Both the position numbers and the translations under genes were made by a program. A DNA stretch of 35,479 bases from NCBI RefSeq assembly GCF_001194135.2, contig NC_069000.1, positions 17,238,672 through 17,274,150 of the forward strand, read 5' to 3'. Origin of the DNA: Octopus bimaculoides (Eukaryota). Positions within the stretch are counted from its first letter, which is position 1. Each line of letters starts with the position of its first letter. The notes beneath the pieces are model-generated. The model was not told the DNA's origin and did no database searches. It saw only the letters and a list, made by a program, of their open reading frames with translations. This document shows positions 11,287-22,949 of the stretch, piece by piece.

Positions 11287-11451
11287 ATGTCCGTGAACCC
11301 AAACCTTCCTGCTCAGGCACCTCGTTCACAAGAATGTGCCAGTCAGGTGGAGATCCGTATCCATTGTAAGGACCTGGTGAACAAGGATGTCACATCAAAA
11401 TCTGACCCATGTGCTGCTTTGTATATCTTCGAAGGTGCAAAATGGAGTGAG
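11287..11451 (+). CDS. CPNE3: Copine (copine-3-like) coding exon 1/14, start of C2A
   Basis: Acceptor ttcag at 11275, then AAAAAC-ATG. Encodes MSVNPN...VEIRIHCKDLVNKDVTSKSDPCAALYIFEGAKWSE (copine KD..SKSDP motif). Donor GTATGT at 11452. The paralog assignment is a similarity call only. Confidence 0.95.
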
Positions 11452-12093
11452 GTATGTGTTTATACAATGATATCCGTTATATGGCTATGGATGAGTGTAT
11501 GTATCTATGCAAGTAGTATATGCATAGAAGTATTTACCAAGGCTGAAAGTGCACAGAATGAGATGATCGAGCACTGCTGTTTGGGTGCTGATATTTTAGC
11601 ATGGCTGACTGAATATTCTGCTTATTTTGGCAACAGTACTTCTTCAAGGCAATGCCCCAGCATGGCCACAGTTAAATGACTGAGACAGATAAAAGATAAC
11701 AGATGTATAGCAAACAAATGTGTGCGTGCGTGTGTGTTTTTAAGGGAACTTAAAATATTTCAAAGCTAGAAAAAGACATGCAATTGAAATAGGGAATATA
11801 AGGGTTTTAATTACATAGTGAAGTAGAATTTTGTAAGCTTGTCCTGGAAAATTTTCTTCTGTATATAAGCCATCAAGGTTTGGGTGAAACTAGTCACCAT
11901 AACTCTGTTTCTGTCTAAGATCTTATTATAACTTTGTTTTGTAGACAAATGCTTATTTATAAAGGTTAGGAAAATACTGGCAATATTAGAACTAGCGCTT
12001 AAATCATATGGAGGATTATACCATAAAATATTTTGTTTTTTATTTGCATTCATGAGTATTAGTTCTGTTTCATTTATCTATTGGTAATTTCAG

Positions 12094-12273
12094 ATAGGAA
12101 GAACTGAGAAAATCAACAACAACCTGAATCCACAGTTCTCTACAGCTATTGGCATGAAATACTACTTTGAAACCGTGCAGAAGATCAAGATTTGTGTCTA
12201 TGATGTTGATAATGCAACAGCAACACTCGAGGATGATGACTTTCTAGGCAGTTTTGAGTGTACACTTGGTCAG
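12094..12273 (+). CDS. CPNE3: Copine exon 2 (C2A)
   Basis: [16 protein letters not shown]...[18 protein letters not shown]...[14 protein letters not shown]. tttcag acceptor, GTGAGT donor, 180 nt. Confidence 0.97.
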
Positions 12274-12298
12274 GTGAGTTATGAAGTACAGTATCTTG

Positions 12299-12332
<34 letters not shown>

Positions 12333-12655
12333 TAATAATATGGCATTAAACTGCACCCAGCTGTGGTATCACAACATGGGAAGAACAAGGTTACCCTTAA
12401 CCACAACTACCTGTAAGCCCACCCCAAGACTTATAAATACCAGGTTGGTGTTTGGCAGGGTCAAGCCTGTCTCAGAGGAGGAGGGGGTCACAGCAAACCA
12501 CTCTAGAGAAGGTCACTCAATAAAAACACCAATGGCTGTGTGTGTGTGTATATATATATGTATGTTTGTAAGTATGTATGCATGTGTATGATCAGTAACT
12601 ATACTTTATTAGTAAGACTATATGCTATACATAGGTTTTATCTCTGTCATTGCAG

Positions 12656-12730
12656 CTTGTCTCAGGTGGACCTTTGACCAAAAAGTTAGTCAACCAGAAA
12701 GGAAAACCATATGAAAAGAGTTATATTACT
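12656..12730 (+). CDS. CPNE3: Copine exon 3
   Basis: LVSGGPLTKKLVNQKGKPYEKSYIT. tgcag acceptor, GTGAGT donor, 75 nt. Not in the ORF track; read by eye. Confidence 0.92.
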
Positions 12731-13128
12731 GTGAGTATCTAACAATTTCATGACCTTCATTAATGTTGAGGATTCAGTGTTCAGTATGAAGGCTGAATTT
12801 TTTAAGAAACTTCTTTCCCCAATCCAATTACAGTGTACTATAACCTCAGATCAGTCTAAGCCATGAGTGAAATTGTGTAGAAGAACATTGGGTGGACTGT
12901 ATCTGTAATTGAAAAGGCCAGTCTTATGACATATCATTTCACATAAATATTGTTAAAGGATTCCATTAAGCATACAGTTGTCTGTTTGAATATTTTTCCA
13001 TTAATACTATAATACAAGACAGACTGTATCTGTTATTTGAAAGGCGCATTTTGTTATACACTGTCATACTGATTCTGCCAGTGTGTTACAGTAAGGGTAC
13101 AAGAGGCTATAGAATACTCAATTTTACA

Positions 13129-13173
<45 letters not shown>

Positions 13174-14704
13174 NNNNNNNNNNNNNNNNNNNNNNNNNNN
13201 NNNNNNNNNNNNNNNNNNNNNNNNNNNNNNNNNNNNNNNNNNNNNNNNNNNNNNNNNNNNNNNNNNNNNNNNNNNNNNNNNNTATATATATATATATATA
13301 TATATGTATATGTATGTATATATATACCAGTGAGCACACCTTTGTAATTTCAAAAACAAAATTATGTGTCCTTTAGAAAATCGGTACTTAAGGTCATGTG
13401 GTATTCATACAGCAACCATAGAGGCAGGCGTCTGGTGGAGATGAAAGCGGAGACTGGCTGGTGTCAGATACATCTCTGTCAGAGACAAGTTGCATGTGGT
13501 CAGTGGCATGTGCCAAAGGCATAGAACAGTTAAGAACTGGCATATTCTGCATTCTGCACAAGCAAACTGAATTTGGATTCACACAAGTAGATATCTGTCC
13601 CATATACATTAGGATTATCTCTCCTGATATGCACATTTTTTTCTCAGCCTTGCATCACATTTACCAACAACAAAATACTTTTCACAATTGGACATTATTT
13701 TCACCTTGTCTTAAAATGCATTTTTGTATGAATGCACGCTTTTCCCTAGATCGTTCGTTTCTTTTTTTAGAAACTCTCTAGCTGGGGAGTAGTGTAGGGA
13801 CCTCGCTTCACCCTTCTTGCTGCTAGTCAAAATGAACGGGAAATCCTCTCTACACTAGATGATTGATGAGGAAACACTCAAAGCCCTAGGACCTGTGCTG
13901 GTCAAGGAAAGGTCAGTCCTTTGTTTAGGGTTTGACCTACATTACTGACCATAGTCTTTATAGCAGAGAACACTTCCTATCTCTTACTCTTTTTATGTCA
14001 GCAGACCAAGGAGCAACACGCTCTTCTACATCAGCCATGACCAAGTGCAACACTTTCCTTTGCCCTTAGCTCGACGTACAAACAGAAGCTTTCAGCCACA
14101 AGAAAGACAACTTCAATCACTGTTCTTTTTCCATCTCGCATACTGGCAACCAGCACCTTAACAACACAACCGTTACAATTGGTGACCTTCGACTGCAATG
14201 AAGAACTAACTGTTACAAGTATTATTAATTGAATAACTGGAATACTTATCAGTGAAACCAACAGAGAATCCATTTATTTATAGTTTGGCATGAATTATGA
14301 TGTTACTTTATTGGAGGAGAAGGGGCAGTGGCATTCACTTTTACAGTATGTCTGACTGATAAGCTATCAACTTGAGTTCTTTTGGGATTGGTAACTGCTA
14401 CAAAAACACCATTGAGCTTTTTCACTTAACTCCTTTTCCTTTTATGTTTTCTGTCTGGTATTTCTCATTCACAATACATAATGTCTTCCCATTCCTTTGG
14501 AATACATCACAAATGGAAACATAGTCATTCTTCAGTAACACAACATAACTTAATTGTTTTGTATGTATGATTTTATATCATACACTACAAGTTTTTTTTG
14601 GTTTTTCTCCATCTACGTAAAATTCTTACCTTTAGATTTAATAACACTTGCATGTATATCATAACAATCTACTAAAATTTCTATCTTTCTGAAAATAATT
14701 TCAG

Positions 14705-14779
14705 GTGTCTGCTGAAGAAGTCTCAGAGAAAACAGAATTGGTTCAGTTGAGTTTTAAAGCCAAGAAACTTGACGATAAA
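14705..14779 (+). CDS. CPNE3: Copine exon 4
   Basis: VSAEEVSEKTELVQLSFKAKKLDDK. ttcag acceptor, GTAAAT donor, 75 nt. Confidence 0.93.
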
Positions 14780-15349
14780 GTAAATCACTTTCTAATGCTA
14801 TTTTTCTCCTTGATTTTCTTGTCTCTCATTTTCATTATTCTTAATGTCAAGAACATTGTCACCAATTTTGACTAACTTATTTAAGTACTTTGTATATATG
14901 TGTTTTATAAGTTAGAGAAGGAGAGGCAATGTCCACGATTTGCAGTCCCTCCTAGAATTGATGTGGTTGATTTTCAGTTTCAGCAACTGTTTTTCTACAT
15001 CTGCAGGAATGGGCTAGAAGGAAATTAAAAAAAAAAATTGGGTGAATTAATTTTAGTATGAAAATTTAGAGGACTGAAACATAGTAGAGATGATGCAAGA
15101 AGAAGAGGTAGATGTGTTGGGAGAGACAGAGTAGAAAGAGATATTCAAATGGCTAGTGCAAACCAAAACTCATACTAGTTGTAGAAGAGATAAAAAGAAT
15201 TAAAAATTATTGTGTTGGTGAATGAATTATTGTGCTCTATATGTGTTCACCATAGGGAACACATATAGAGACCATACTTGTAATTCAAAGGATTGTAATA
15301 AGAATATAAGTGTTTTGGGAATACTCAGTCACTTAACATCATAATTCTT

Positions 15350-15785
15350 TCTATTATAAGCAAGGCTTGACATTTTTCAGAGTGGGGCTAATCAGATCAG
15401 CCCTAGTGCACAGCTAGTACTTTATTTTATCAATCCTAAAAAATATGAAAAGGAAAGTTGTTCCCAACAGAATTTGAAATCAGAATGCACCTGCTTAATG
15501 TAATAATACAAGGTCTATTGTACTTGTAAATCATGTATAATGAATCTACTTTGAGATTACATGAGGCCATAGTAGTGAGGAAGGTGGATTGAGATAACCA
15601 TTAGAATGTTGCAAAATATATTTTGCAATATTTTTACAACTCTTTAGGTTCAGTGTTCAAATCCCACTGAGGTTGACTTTGCCTTTCATCCTTTCAAGGT
15701 CAATAAAATAAAGTACCAATCAAGGATTGGGGTCAATGGTGTTGACCAATTTCTCCACAGGTATTGTTCCTAAATTAGAAACTAC
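15350..15785. mobile_element. Two SINE family B copies, head-to-head (- at ~15350-15490, + at ~15575-15785)
   Basis: Shared core GTTCAAAT..GAGGTTGACTTTGCCTTTCATCCTTT..AAGTACCA..TGGGGTC in opposite orientations. Confidence 0.7.
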
Positions 15786-15797
15786 TTTTATTAGTAG

Positions 15798-16055
<258 letters not shown>

Positions 16056-16612
16056 TGAGGTCGTATCAAAAATTTCCCAGTCTAGTTCTGTAGCACACCA
16101 ACAGATGGCAGCACATGGTTATGTGTGCAGTGAGAGCTAGCAGTGACTTTCATAAGGCAATGTGTCTAGTAATATCGTGTTTACTTTGCAAGTTATGAAA
16201 TTTGTTTTTTATGTGATCGCATTTATGTTGTAGTCTGCGAATTTGTAATGGACAGGAACAAAGAGCCAACATGAAATTTTGCATGAAACTTGGGAAGTCT
16301 GCTACAGAGACATTGAGCATGCTTCAGCAAGCTTGCAGCAATGAGTTGTACCCAATGTTCTGAGTGGCATGGGAGTTTTAAAAGCAGAACATCCTGGAAG
16401 GTGACGAGCAATCTGGAAGACCTGCCACAAGTGTCACCCTCAGAAATGTGGTATTGTGCATCAAGAATTCATTCCTGAGGGCCAGACCATCAATTGAGAG
16501 TTCTGCTGTGACGTTTTGAAGTATTTGAAGGAGGAAATTTGGCAAAAGCAACCAGATCAGTGGAGCACGAAGGATAGGATTCTTCATGACGACAATGCAC
16601 CCTGTCACCAAG
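16056..16612 (+). mobile_element. Mariner transposon relic (left TIR, HTH start, internally deleted catalytic piece)
   Basis: TA + TGAGGTCGTATCAAAAATTTCCCAG TIR-like end. Encodes QRANMKFCMKLGKSATETLSML, ..SGRP, and GIVHQEFIPEGQTIN..ILHDDNAPCH (HDNA motif). Contains stops. Confidence 0.85.
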
Positions 16613-16962
16613 TCTGTGACTAAATTATTTAATTCTAGTAGGCAGGTGACGACATAAACTCTCATAGGTTGGTGATGTTATTTTTTAGCTCCAGACTGGT
16701 ACACATGTGATCATGAGTGTTCCAGTCATGACCATACCATCTTTCATTCAGACAAAATGTATCTGGGACTACATTATCCAGTGACTTCTTTCTTTTTTAA
16801 GATAGTAACATGCGATTTGAGAGAGGTATAGTTGTTGTTTTTAGCAGGTTAAGCAGCTACATAGAAGCTCCTTTGATTGGCTTGTACAACTGTTGCTATT
16901 GTTGTTTCAGTATTTCATTATTTACCTGTTCTATATCTCTCTCTCTCTCTATTATCTTACAG

Positions 16963-17052
16963 GTGGTGAAGAATAACTTGAATCCAACATGGAAAACATT
17001 TGAAATTACATCTCACACATTGTGTAAGGGAAACAAGACGTCACCAATTCTG
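16963..17052 (+). CDS. CPNE3: Copine exon 6 (C2B)
   Basis: VVKNNLNPTWKTFEITSHTLCKGNKTSPIL. ttacag acceptor, GTAATC donor, 90 nt. Confidence 0.95.
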
Positions 17053-17078
17053 GTAATCATTTTTATAATTATCATCAT

Positions 17079-17270
17079 GGGCACAGTCATGGCTGTGTGG
17101 TTGATAAGCTTGCTTCCCAACCATGTTGTCTCAGGTTCACTTCCCCTGATAGACACCTTGGTCACTTATAGCCCCAGGCCAACCAAAGCCTTGTGAGTGG
17201 ATTTGGTAGCAGGCAAACTTTGAGAAGCCCATTGTATATACATGTATATGTGTGTGTTTGTGTGTACTCT
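17079..17270 (+). mobile_element. SINE family A, 5' half
   Basis: ATGGCTGTGTGG..AAGCTTGCTTCCCAACCATG..CCAAAGCCTTGTGAGTGGATTTGGTAG. Confidence 0.75.
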
Positions 17271-17754
17271 TGTCATGACATCATGGTTGTAAACGAGCAT
17301 CACCATCATACAAGTGGTATTGTTCTTTTCCATTCTTCCATGAAAAATATGTCTGGCCAAGAGGAAATATTACTTTACTTGGAAATAGGTGAGGGTTGGC
17401 AACAGGAAGGGCATCCAGACAGAAAATATGCCTCAACAAAGCATGGAAAAATGAATGATAAATGATGATGATGACCTCCAGTATCAGTGCCGTTGTTGTT
17501 GTTGCTCTTGTTGTTATGCATTCCCTGACCAGTGCTCTGGCACAAGTGACCACAAATAATGTGGGAAAAAGCACAATTAAATCTATGCAAAACTTAACTT
17601 ATTTTATGAATCCTTGAAGAAATAAAGAAAACCAACACTGGAAGGATTTAAAATAATAGTGTGTGAATGGACATAACTGAGTGCTACAAAGCATTTTGTT
17701 TGATGTTCTACCAATTCTACTATCCATTTCCCTTAGTAGTAGCAGTAGAAATTC

Positions 17755-18155
17755 TTTCTAATATAGGCACACTGCTTGAAATTTATTGGGAGGGGGATAG
17801 TTGATTGCATTGACCCCAGTGCTCAACTGGTACTTCTTTTATCAACTCTGAAAGGATGAAAGGCAAAGTTGACCTCAGCAGAAAATAATAATAATGACAA
17901 TGGTGGTGGTGGCGGCGGCGGCAGTGGCTGCTGCTGCTGTTGTTGTTGTTGTTGTTTAAAATTTTGGGGCGAATAATTTCAGAGAGGGTGTAATTCAATT
18001 ATATTATCCCCAGTGTTCAACTGGTACTTATTTAATTGATCCCAAAAGGATGAAAGGCAAAGTCAACCTCAACAGAATTTGAACTCAGAATAAAGACAGA
18101 CAAAATGCCACTATGCATTTTGTCTGGCATGCTAACAATTCTGCCAGCTTGCTAC
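17755..18155 (-). mobile_element. Two SINE family B copies separated by trinucleotide microsatellites
   Basis: CCCCAGTG(C/T)TCAACTGGTACTT..GAAAGGATGAAAGGCAAAGT occurs twice. Confidence 0.75.
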
Positions 18156-18164
18156 TTTAATGAT

Positions 18165-18590
18165 GATCATCATCATCATCATCATCATCGTTTAACGTCC
18201 GCTTTCCATGCTAGCATGGGTTGGACGATTTGACTGAGGACTGGTGAAACCGGATGGCAACACCAGGCTCCAGTCTGATTTGGCAGAGTTTCTACAGCTG
18301 GATGCCCTTCCTAACGCCAACCACTCAGAGAGTGTAGTGGGTGCTTTTACGTGTCACCCGCACGAAAACGGCCACGCTCGAAATGGTGTCTTTTATGTGC
18401 CACCCGCACAAGCCAGTCCAGCGGCACTGGCAACGATCTCGCTCGAAAATCCTACAGGAGCCAGTCAGGCGGTACTGGCAACGGCCACGCTCAAAATGGT
18501 GCATCTCATGTGCCACCCGCACAAGAACCAGTCCAGGGGCACTGGCAACGATCTTACTTGGCTTGCCGGGTCTTCTCACGCACAGCCCAT
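18165..18590 (-). mobile_element. SINE/non-autonomous retroelement family C with (GAT)n tail
   Basis: GGTTGGCGTTAGGAAGGGCATCCAGC core and ..CCATGCTAGCATGGAAAGCGGACGTTAAAC(GAT)n end. Other copies at ~22275-22530 (-), ~24795-24880 (+), ~28655-28995 (+) and ~17380-17475 (+). Confidence 0.75.
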
Positions 18591-19024
18591 TTGATAATAA
18601 TAATAATAATAACTATCAGGAGTACCCGGCGTTGCTCAGGTATTAAATACTCGGCAATGGTCTTAATAGGTTCTACCATTTTTATCGTTGTACATCTCTT
18701 TGAATATTTTTTGCATTAAGTTGCAAACATTGACATTGAGGAAGAAGTGATTTTTCCCAAGTGGCATTTATTAGTTGAACAGGAACATCTGACTTTTATA
18801 ATTTTGGTGTCAAAAGGACTGTCATGTAAAAGCTTTTTGTTGCATGCAACTTTTGCCTTTTTTTTGCAAAAAGTTGGGGGTCCCTTCAGTTTTATTGATT
18901 TTTCTCCTAGAAGTGGGTATCTCTAGGCATCAGTAATGTGGTAGTGACTTGCCTGGGTAAATTTGCCATTTAATAAAATAAATTTCATCAAAATTGGATG
19001 AAAAATGTGGAAACGCATAAAAAG

Positions 19025-19066
<42 letters not shown>

Positions 19067-19084
19067 TTTTGAGTTTTATAGATA

Positions 19085-20256
19085 TGTAGTGAAACTACCT
19101 CCCGCCATTAGATACAAACTACTATCGCCATTACATACAATCTTCTCATTTAAATATAAATAAATGCGAGCGTAGTAGAGAACCCATTCCTTGTCCATCA
19201 CGTGACTGATCATTATTCGAATCGGCAACTTCTTCGAACCTTTCCCGCCAGAACGCAAACTGACCAATCACGGCCCCTAATAAGGTCACGTGATAGAGTA
19301 AAATTCTAAAGGCATTTGGAGCCCTCTTAACGCTATATATAGATCAACTCATACCCAATAATTTGTCTCGGTCCAGTTTCTCTTTGAGAACTGTTCCGTG
19401 TACCACACNNNNNNNNNNNNNNNNNNNNNNNNNNNNNNNNNNNNNNNNNNNNNNNNNNNNNNNNNNNNNNNNNNNNNNNNNNNNNNNNNNNNNNNNNNNN
19501 NNNNNNNNNNNNNNNNNNNNNNNNNNNNNNNNNNNNNNNNNNNNNNNNNNNNNNNNNNNNNNNNNNNNNNNNNNNNNNNNNNNNNNNNNNNNNNNNNNNN
19601 NNNNNNNNNNNNNNNNNNNNNNNNNNNNNNNNNNNNNNNNNNNNNNNNNNNNNNNNNNNNNNNNNNNNNNNNNNNNNNNNNNNNNNNNNNNNNNNNNNNN
19701 NNNNNNNNNNNNNNNNNNNNNNNNNNNNNNNNNNNNNNNNNNNNNNNNNNNNNNNNNNNNNNNNNNNNNNNNNNNNNNNNNNNNNNNNNNNNNNNNNNNN
19801 NNNNNNNNNNNNNNNNNNNNNNNNNNNNNNNNNNNNNNNNNNNNNNNNNNNNNNNNNNNNNNNNNNNNNNNNNNNNNNNNACGATCTGGTATAATTGCTC
19901 ACGTGTCATTTACTGACTCTTTCTATCTGCTGTAATAACTCACACATGTATCACTCACATACACACTTTTCTTTGTACGACGGCCTGTCTTTGATTATGT
20001 TCTTATATGTCGCATTCACACTCTCACACAGACATACATCTTTAACGCTACAATAAATATTTCTGTTATTCATCTAATACGGTTGTGGTCTTTCATTACT
20101 GGTCATCTATGTTATCGTCGCATAACATATTATATATATCATTCATTGATATATCTATTGTATGTTCGACCGTGTGACACGTTTAAATAAAAGGAGTTCT
20201 GTTTTTCCATTCGTCACCATTTCTCCTTTTATGAGTTCGCACGGTCGTCCCTTACA
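19085..20256 (+). mobile_element. Probable LTR (solo LTR or collapsed LTR element) in copine intron 6
   Basis: TGTA...TACA termini flanked by an identical 4-bp GATA (19081-84 and 20257-60). CpG-rich, with CCAAT, a TATA-like box and AATAAA in U3-R-U5 order. 472 N lie inside. Confidence 0.72.
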
Positions 20257-20326
20257 GATATATATAAATAAGATAGATAATAATAATAATAATAGTTTGT
20301 TTTTTACATTTCATTCTGTATTTCAG

Positions 20327-20425
20327 ATCAACTGCTACGACTGGGATAGTGATGGATCCCATGATATGATTGGTTGCTGTGAGATGACTTTGTCAGAAAT
20401 GATGCAAGCAAATTCAAGAAATGAA
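20327..20425 (+). CDS. CPNE3: Copine exon 7 (C2B, YDWDSDGSHD loop)
   Basis: INCYDWDSDGSHDMIGCCEMTLSEMMQANSRNE. tttcag acceptor, GTAAGA donor, 99 nt. Confidence 0.95.
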
Positions 20426-20618
20426 GTAAGATTATCTTAATAAATAGAAAAGATGGTTTTGGTTTTTAGTGATGGGTGGTTATCATGTAGTAAGTGTTCT
20501 TATCTCTTTTTCTTATTTCGAACAGTCACTTCCAACTTCAGTATAAGATCAGAAAGGTTTATGTGGAGAGAGGGGGGAGAGAGATAAATACTTTACTTTT
20601 TTTTTTCTTCTTCTTCAG

Positions 20619-20696
20619 GTTGTCAAGTTATGTATTCACCCCAAAAATGCTGCAAAAAAGAAAAGTTCTGGAAGTATTATTTTATATGCCTGTAAA
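20619..20696 (+). CDS. CPNE3: Copine exon 8 (end of C2B, basic patch)
   Basis: VVKLCIHPKNAAKKKSSGSIILYACK. Long polypyrimidine tract plus cag acceptor, GTAAGC donor, 78 nt. Confidence 0.88.
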
Positions 20697-20869
20697 GTAA
20701 GCAAACACTTTTTTTTACACAAACTATTAATCTCATAAAAGAGAAATAATTTGAAATTTATTAACAAGAGATTCTAAAAATGAGAGATTTTATGTAAACA
20801 TTGTGTAACAAAATTTACATTTTTATTTTTAATTTTTTCAGTCTTTGGTCAGTAAATGTTATTTTATAG

Positions 20870-21300
20870 TTGCTTTTATCTAGGAATCAAAAGAAATGGC
20901 TACTATTCCCTTCAAACATTGTTTTTGTGACCTGGACATCAATGTTTTGAAAACTGACATATTTCCCATTACATTTCAGACACATTCACTGCTGAGTTGC
21001 TGAAGCAGAAATATTGTTATAGCAAATCTTCTGTCCAATACCACAGATTTTCTTGTCAGTTACTCGACCTTAACCACTTGAGCATGTCTCTTAGTGGCTG
21101 ACAATACATGCATCTCTGAGATGAAGCATAGGAAAGCATCATAGCCATATGTTAGGAAGGATTCTTTGGGGTTTGAATAAATGTAACATAAGCAAAGTTT
21201 GAAGTAAACATTAGCCATTTTTCATACTTTTTAAGGGTAATCAAATAGGAAATAACAGTTGCTACCCAGGGACAAAAATTGTGATACATAGTGTAATAAG
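20870..21300. mobile_element. Second copy of the 1900-2325 repeat, with a family-E segment in the middle
   Basis: Flanks align to 1905-2052 and 2215-2325; the centre aligns to 715-885. Confidence 0.65.
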
Positions 21301-22775
21301 CAGCTATTTTGTGACCCCTGGGGGTTTTAGCGGAATTCACTTTGTTGCAAGCATTCGGGATTCGGGCTTACTTCTATCCTGGAAATAACTTCTTTCCTGT
21401 CCATTTCCCTTGTAGTCTTTGAGATCTTGAAAGAAGGCCCATATTTTTCTCAGCAAACACCCAACAACATTTTCTTAAAACTATAGACATGATTCAGTGA
21501 TTACAAGCATTCTATTCTACATATGCATTCCATAGTTTTCATAGAAAGCAGTTGTTGTTGTGTTTCTACTCCATGTTCATAGAAGCTTATGACAAAGCAT
21601 CCTATTTTTTTCTGGCACCAAGGGAGCTTCTACAGGGTTGCTGAACTTCCTAGAAATAACAGCCAAATCACCATCAAACCTTGTACTACCATCTTAAAGA
21701 AAGAAGGATACGTTACACAATGTATCCTTATATATGTCAGCATGGAAAACAGATGTTAAATGATAATGATGATGATAAGCTATGACACAGTTGTTGATGT
21801 TGCTTAGACCTAAGTCATCCTTCATTGAGCAGATCTACCATCAAAGATATTCTAGCTGTGACCATCCTGTCTTTTTCATTTGTGCAAGGAACTCAGGGCT
21901 ACATTATTCAATATGTTGTTTCCTAAGACATTAGGCTGCAATTTGAGAGAGATTTGGCTGATGTTTTGAGCAGGTCAACAGTCATGTAGAGAATGGCTCA
22001 ATACAATACAGTAAATGACATTGGTTGGGGCACTGTTGTTGATGTTTGACTTCTAGTCAACTCTCATTCAACTGACATGGTGAAAGATATCATGTGACTA
22101 TCCAGCTTTTTTGGTTATTTTGGGGCCTTTTTTCTATATCAGGTATAGTGTATCCTTGACTATGTTGTTCAGTTTGTACTTTACTTTTTTATGGCAGTCC
22201 AGCAGCATAGCATCTGTAAAGCTGCATCAAATTAAATAGTTATGAAAATCTTGAGGAATACTGTTTAATATTGGCCATCATCATCATCATCATTTAACAT
22301 GTTTTCCATGCTGGTTTGAGTTAGATAGTTTGACTGGAGATGGTAAACCAGAGAGCTTCCCAGGCTCCACTCAGTTTTGGTTTGGGGTCTATGGCCGGAT
22401 GCCCTTCCTAATGCCAACCACTGCACTGAGTGTCTTTCACATGTCACCAGTACAGGTGTCTTTTATGTGTCGCTGGCACGGGTGCCTTTTATGTGCCACC
22501 AGCACAGGTGCTTTTCACACATCACTGGCACTGTCCACAACCACAATTTCACTTAGATTGAAGTGTCTTCTCAAGCACTGTATTTCACCAGAAGTCTCAG
22601 TCACTTGTCATCACTTCAATGCCATTTCACCACCTCATCCCATATCTTCTTGGATCTACCTCTTCCACAGGTTCCTTCCACATATTTATTTTTCACTATA
22701 GTACATAACATTTATTGCATGATTGCAACCTCAAATTTAAATGGAATATTTTCAAAGAGTCCGTTCTTCTTACAG

Positions 22776-22835
22776 GTGTCAATATTACCATCTTTTTTGA
22801 ACTACATTATGGCAGGAACAAACATCAATTTTACG
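22776..22835 (+). CDS. CPNE3: Copine exon 9 (linker into vWA)
   Basis: VSILPSFLNYIMAGTNINFT, matching copine SFLDYIxGG..xNFT. ttacag acceptor, GTAAGA donor, 60 nt. Confidence 0.93.
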
Positions 22836-22949
22836 GTAAGACTCTTTCTTTTCTTCTTTTCTTTTTAACTGCTTTACATCCCTGCCCTAACTGAGTGTTT
22901 CCTTCCCATTACACCAATAGTAGTCTAGCAGTATGCAATAATTTACTAC

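Noticed and set aside
13394-14273. Coding-looking, GC-richer intron 3 segments (ORFs 13394-13636, 13461-13781, 14031-14273)
   Set aside because: I recognised no motif in any frame and found no convincing splice sites. Possibly an old transposon; needs BLASTx.
18340-18560. CRISPR-like spaced repeats (GTGCCACCCGCAC / GGCACTGGCAACG)
   Set aside because: These are irregular internal duplications of SINE family C in a eukaryotic intron, with no constant repeat-spacer period and no cas genes. The overlapping ORFs at 18244-18719 are repeat-derived.
18612-18655. Helentron/DINE-like terminus (ACTA..ACCCGGCGTTGCTC); a CTAGT-ending motif at ~13795-13827
   Set aside because: Too short, and no matching opposite end was found, so it cannot be supported as a feature.
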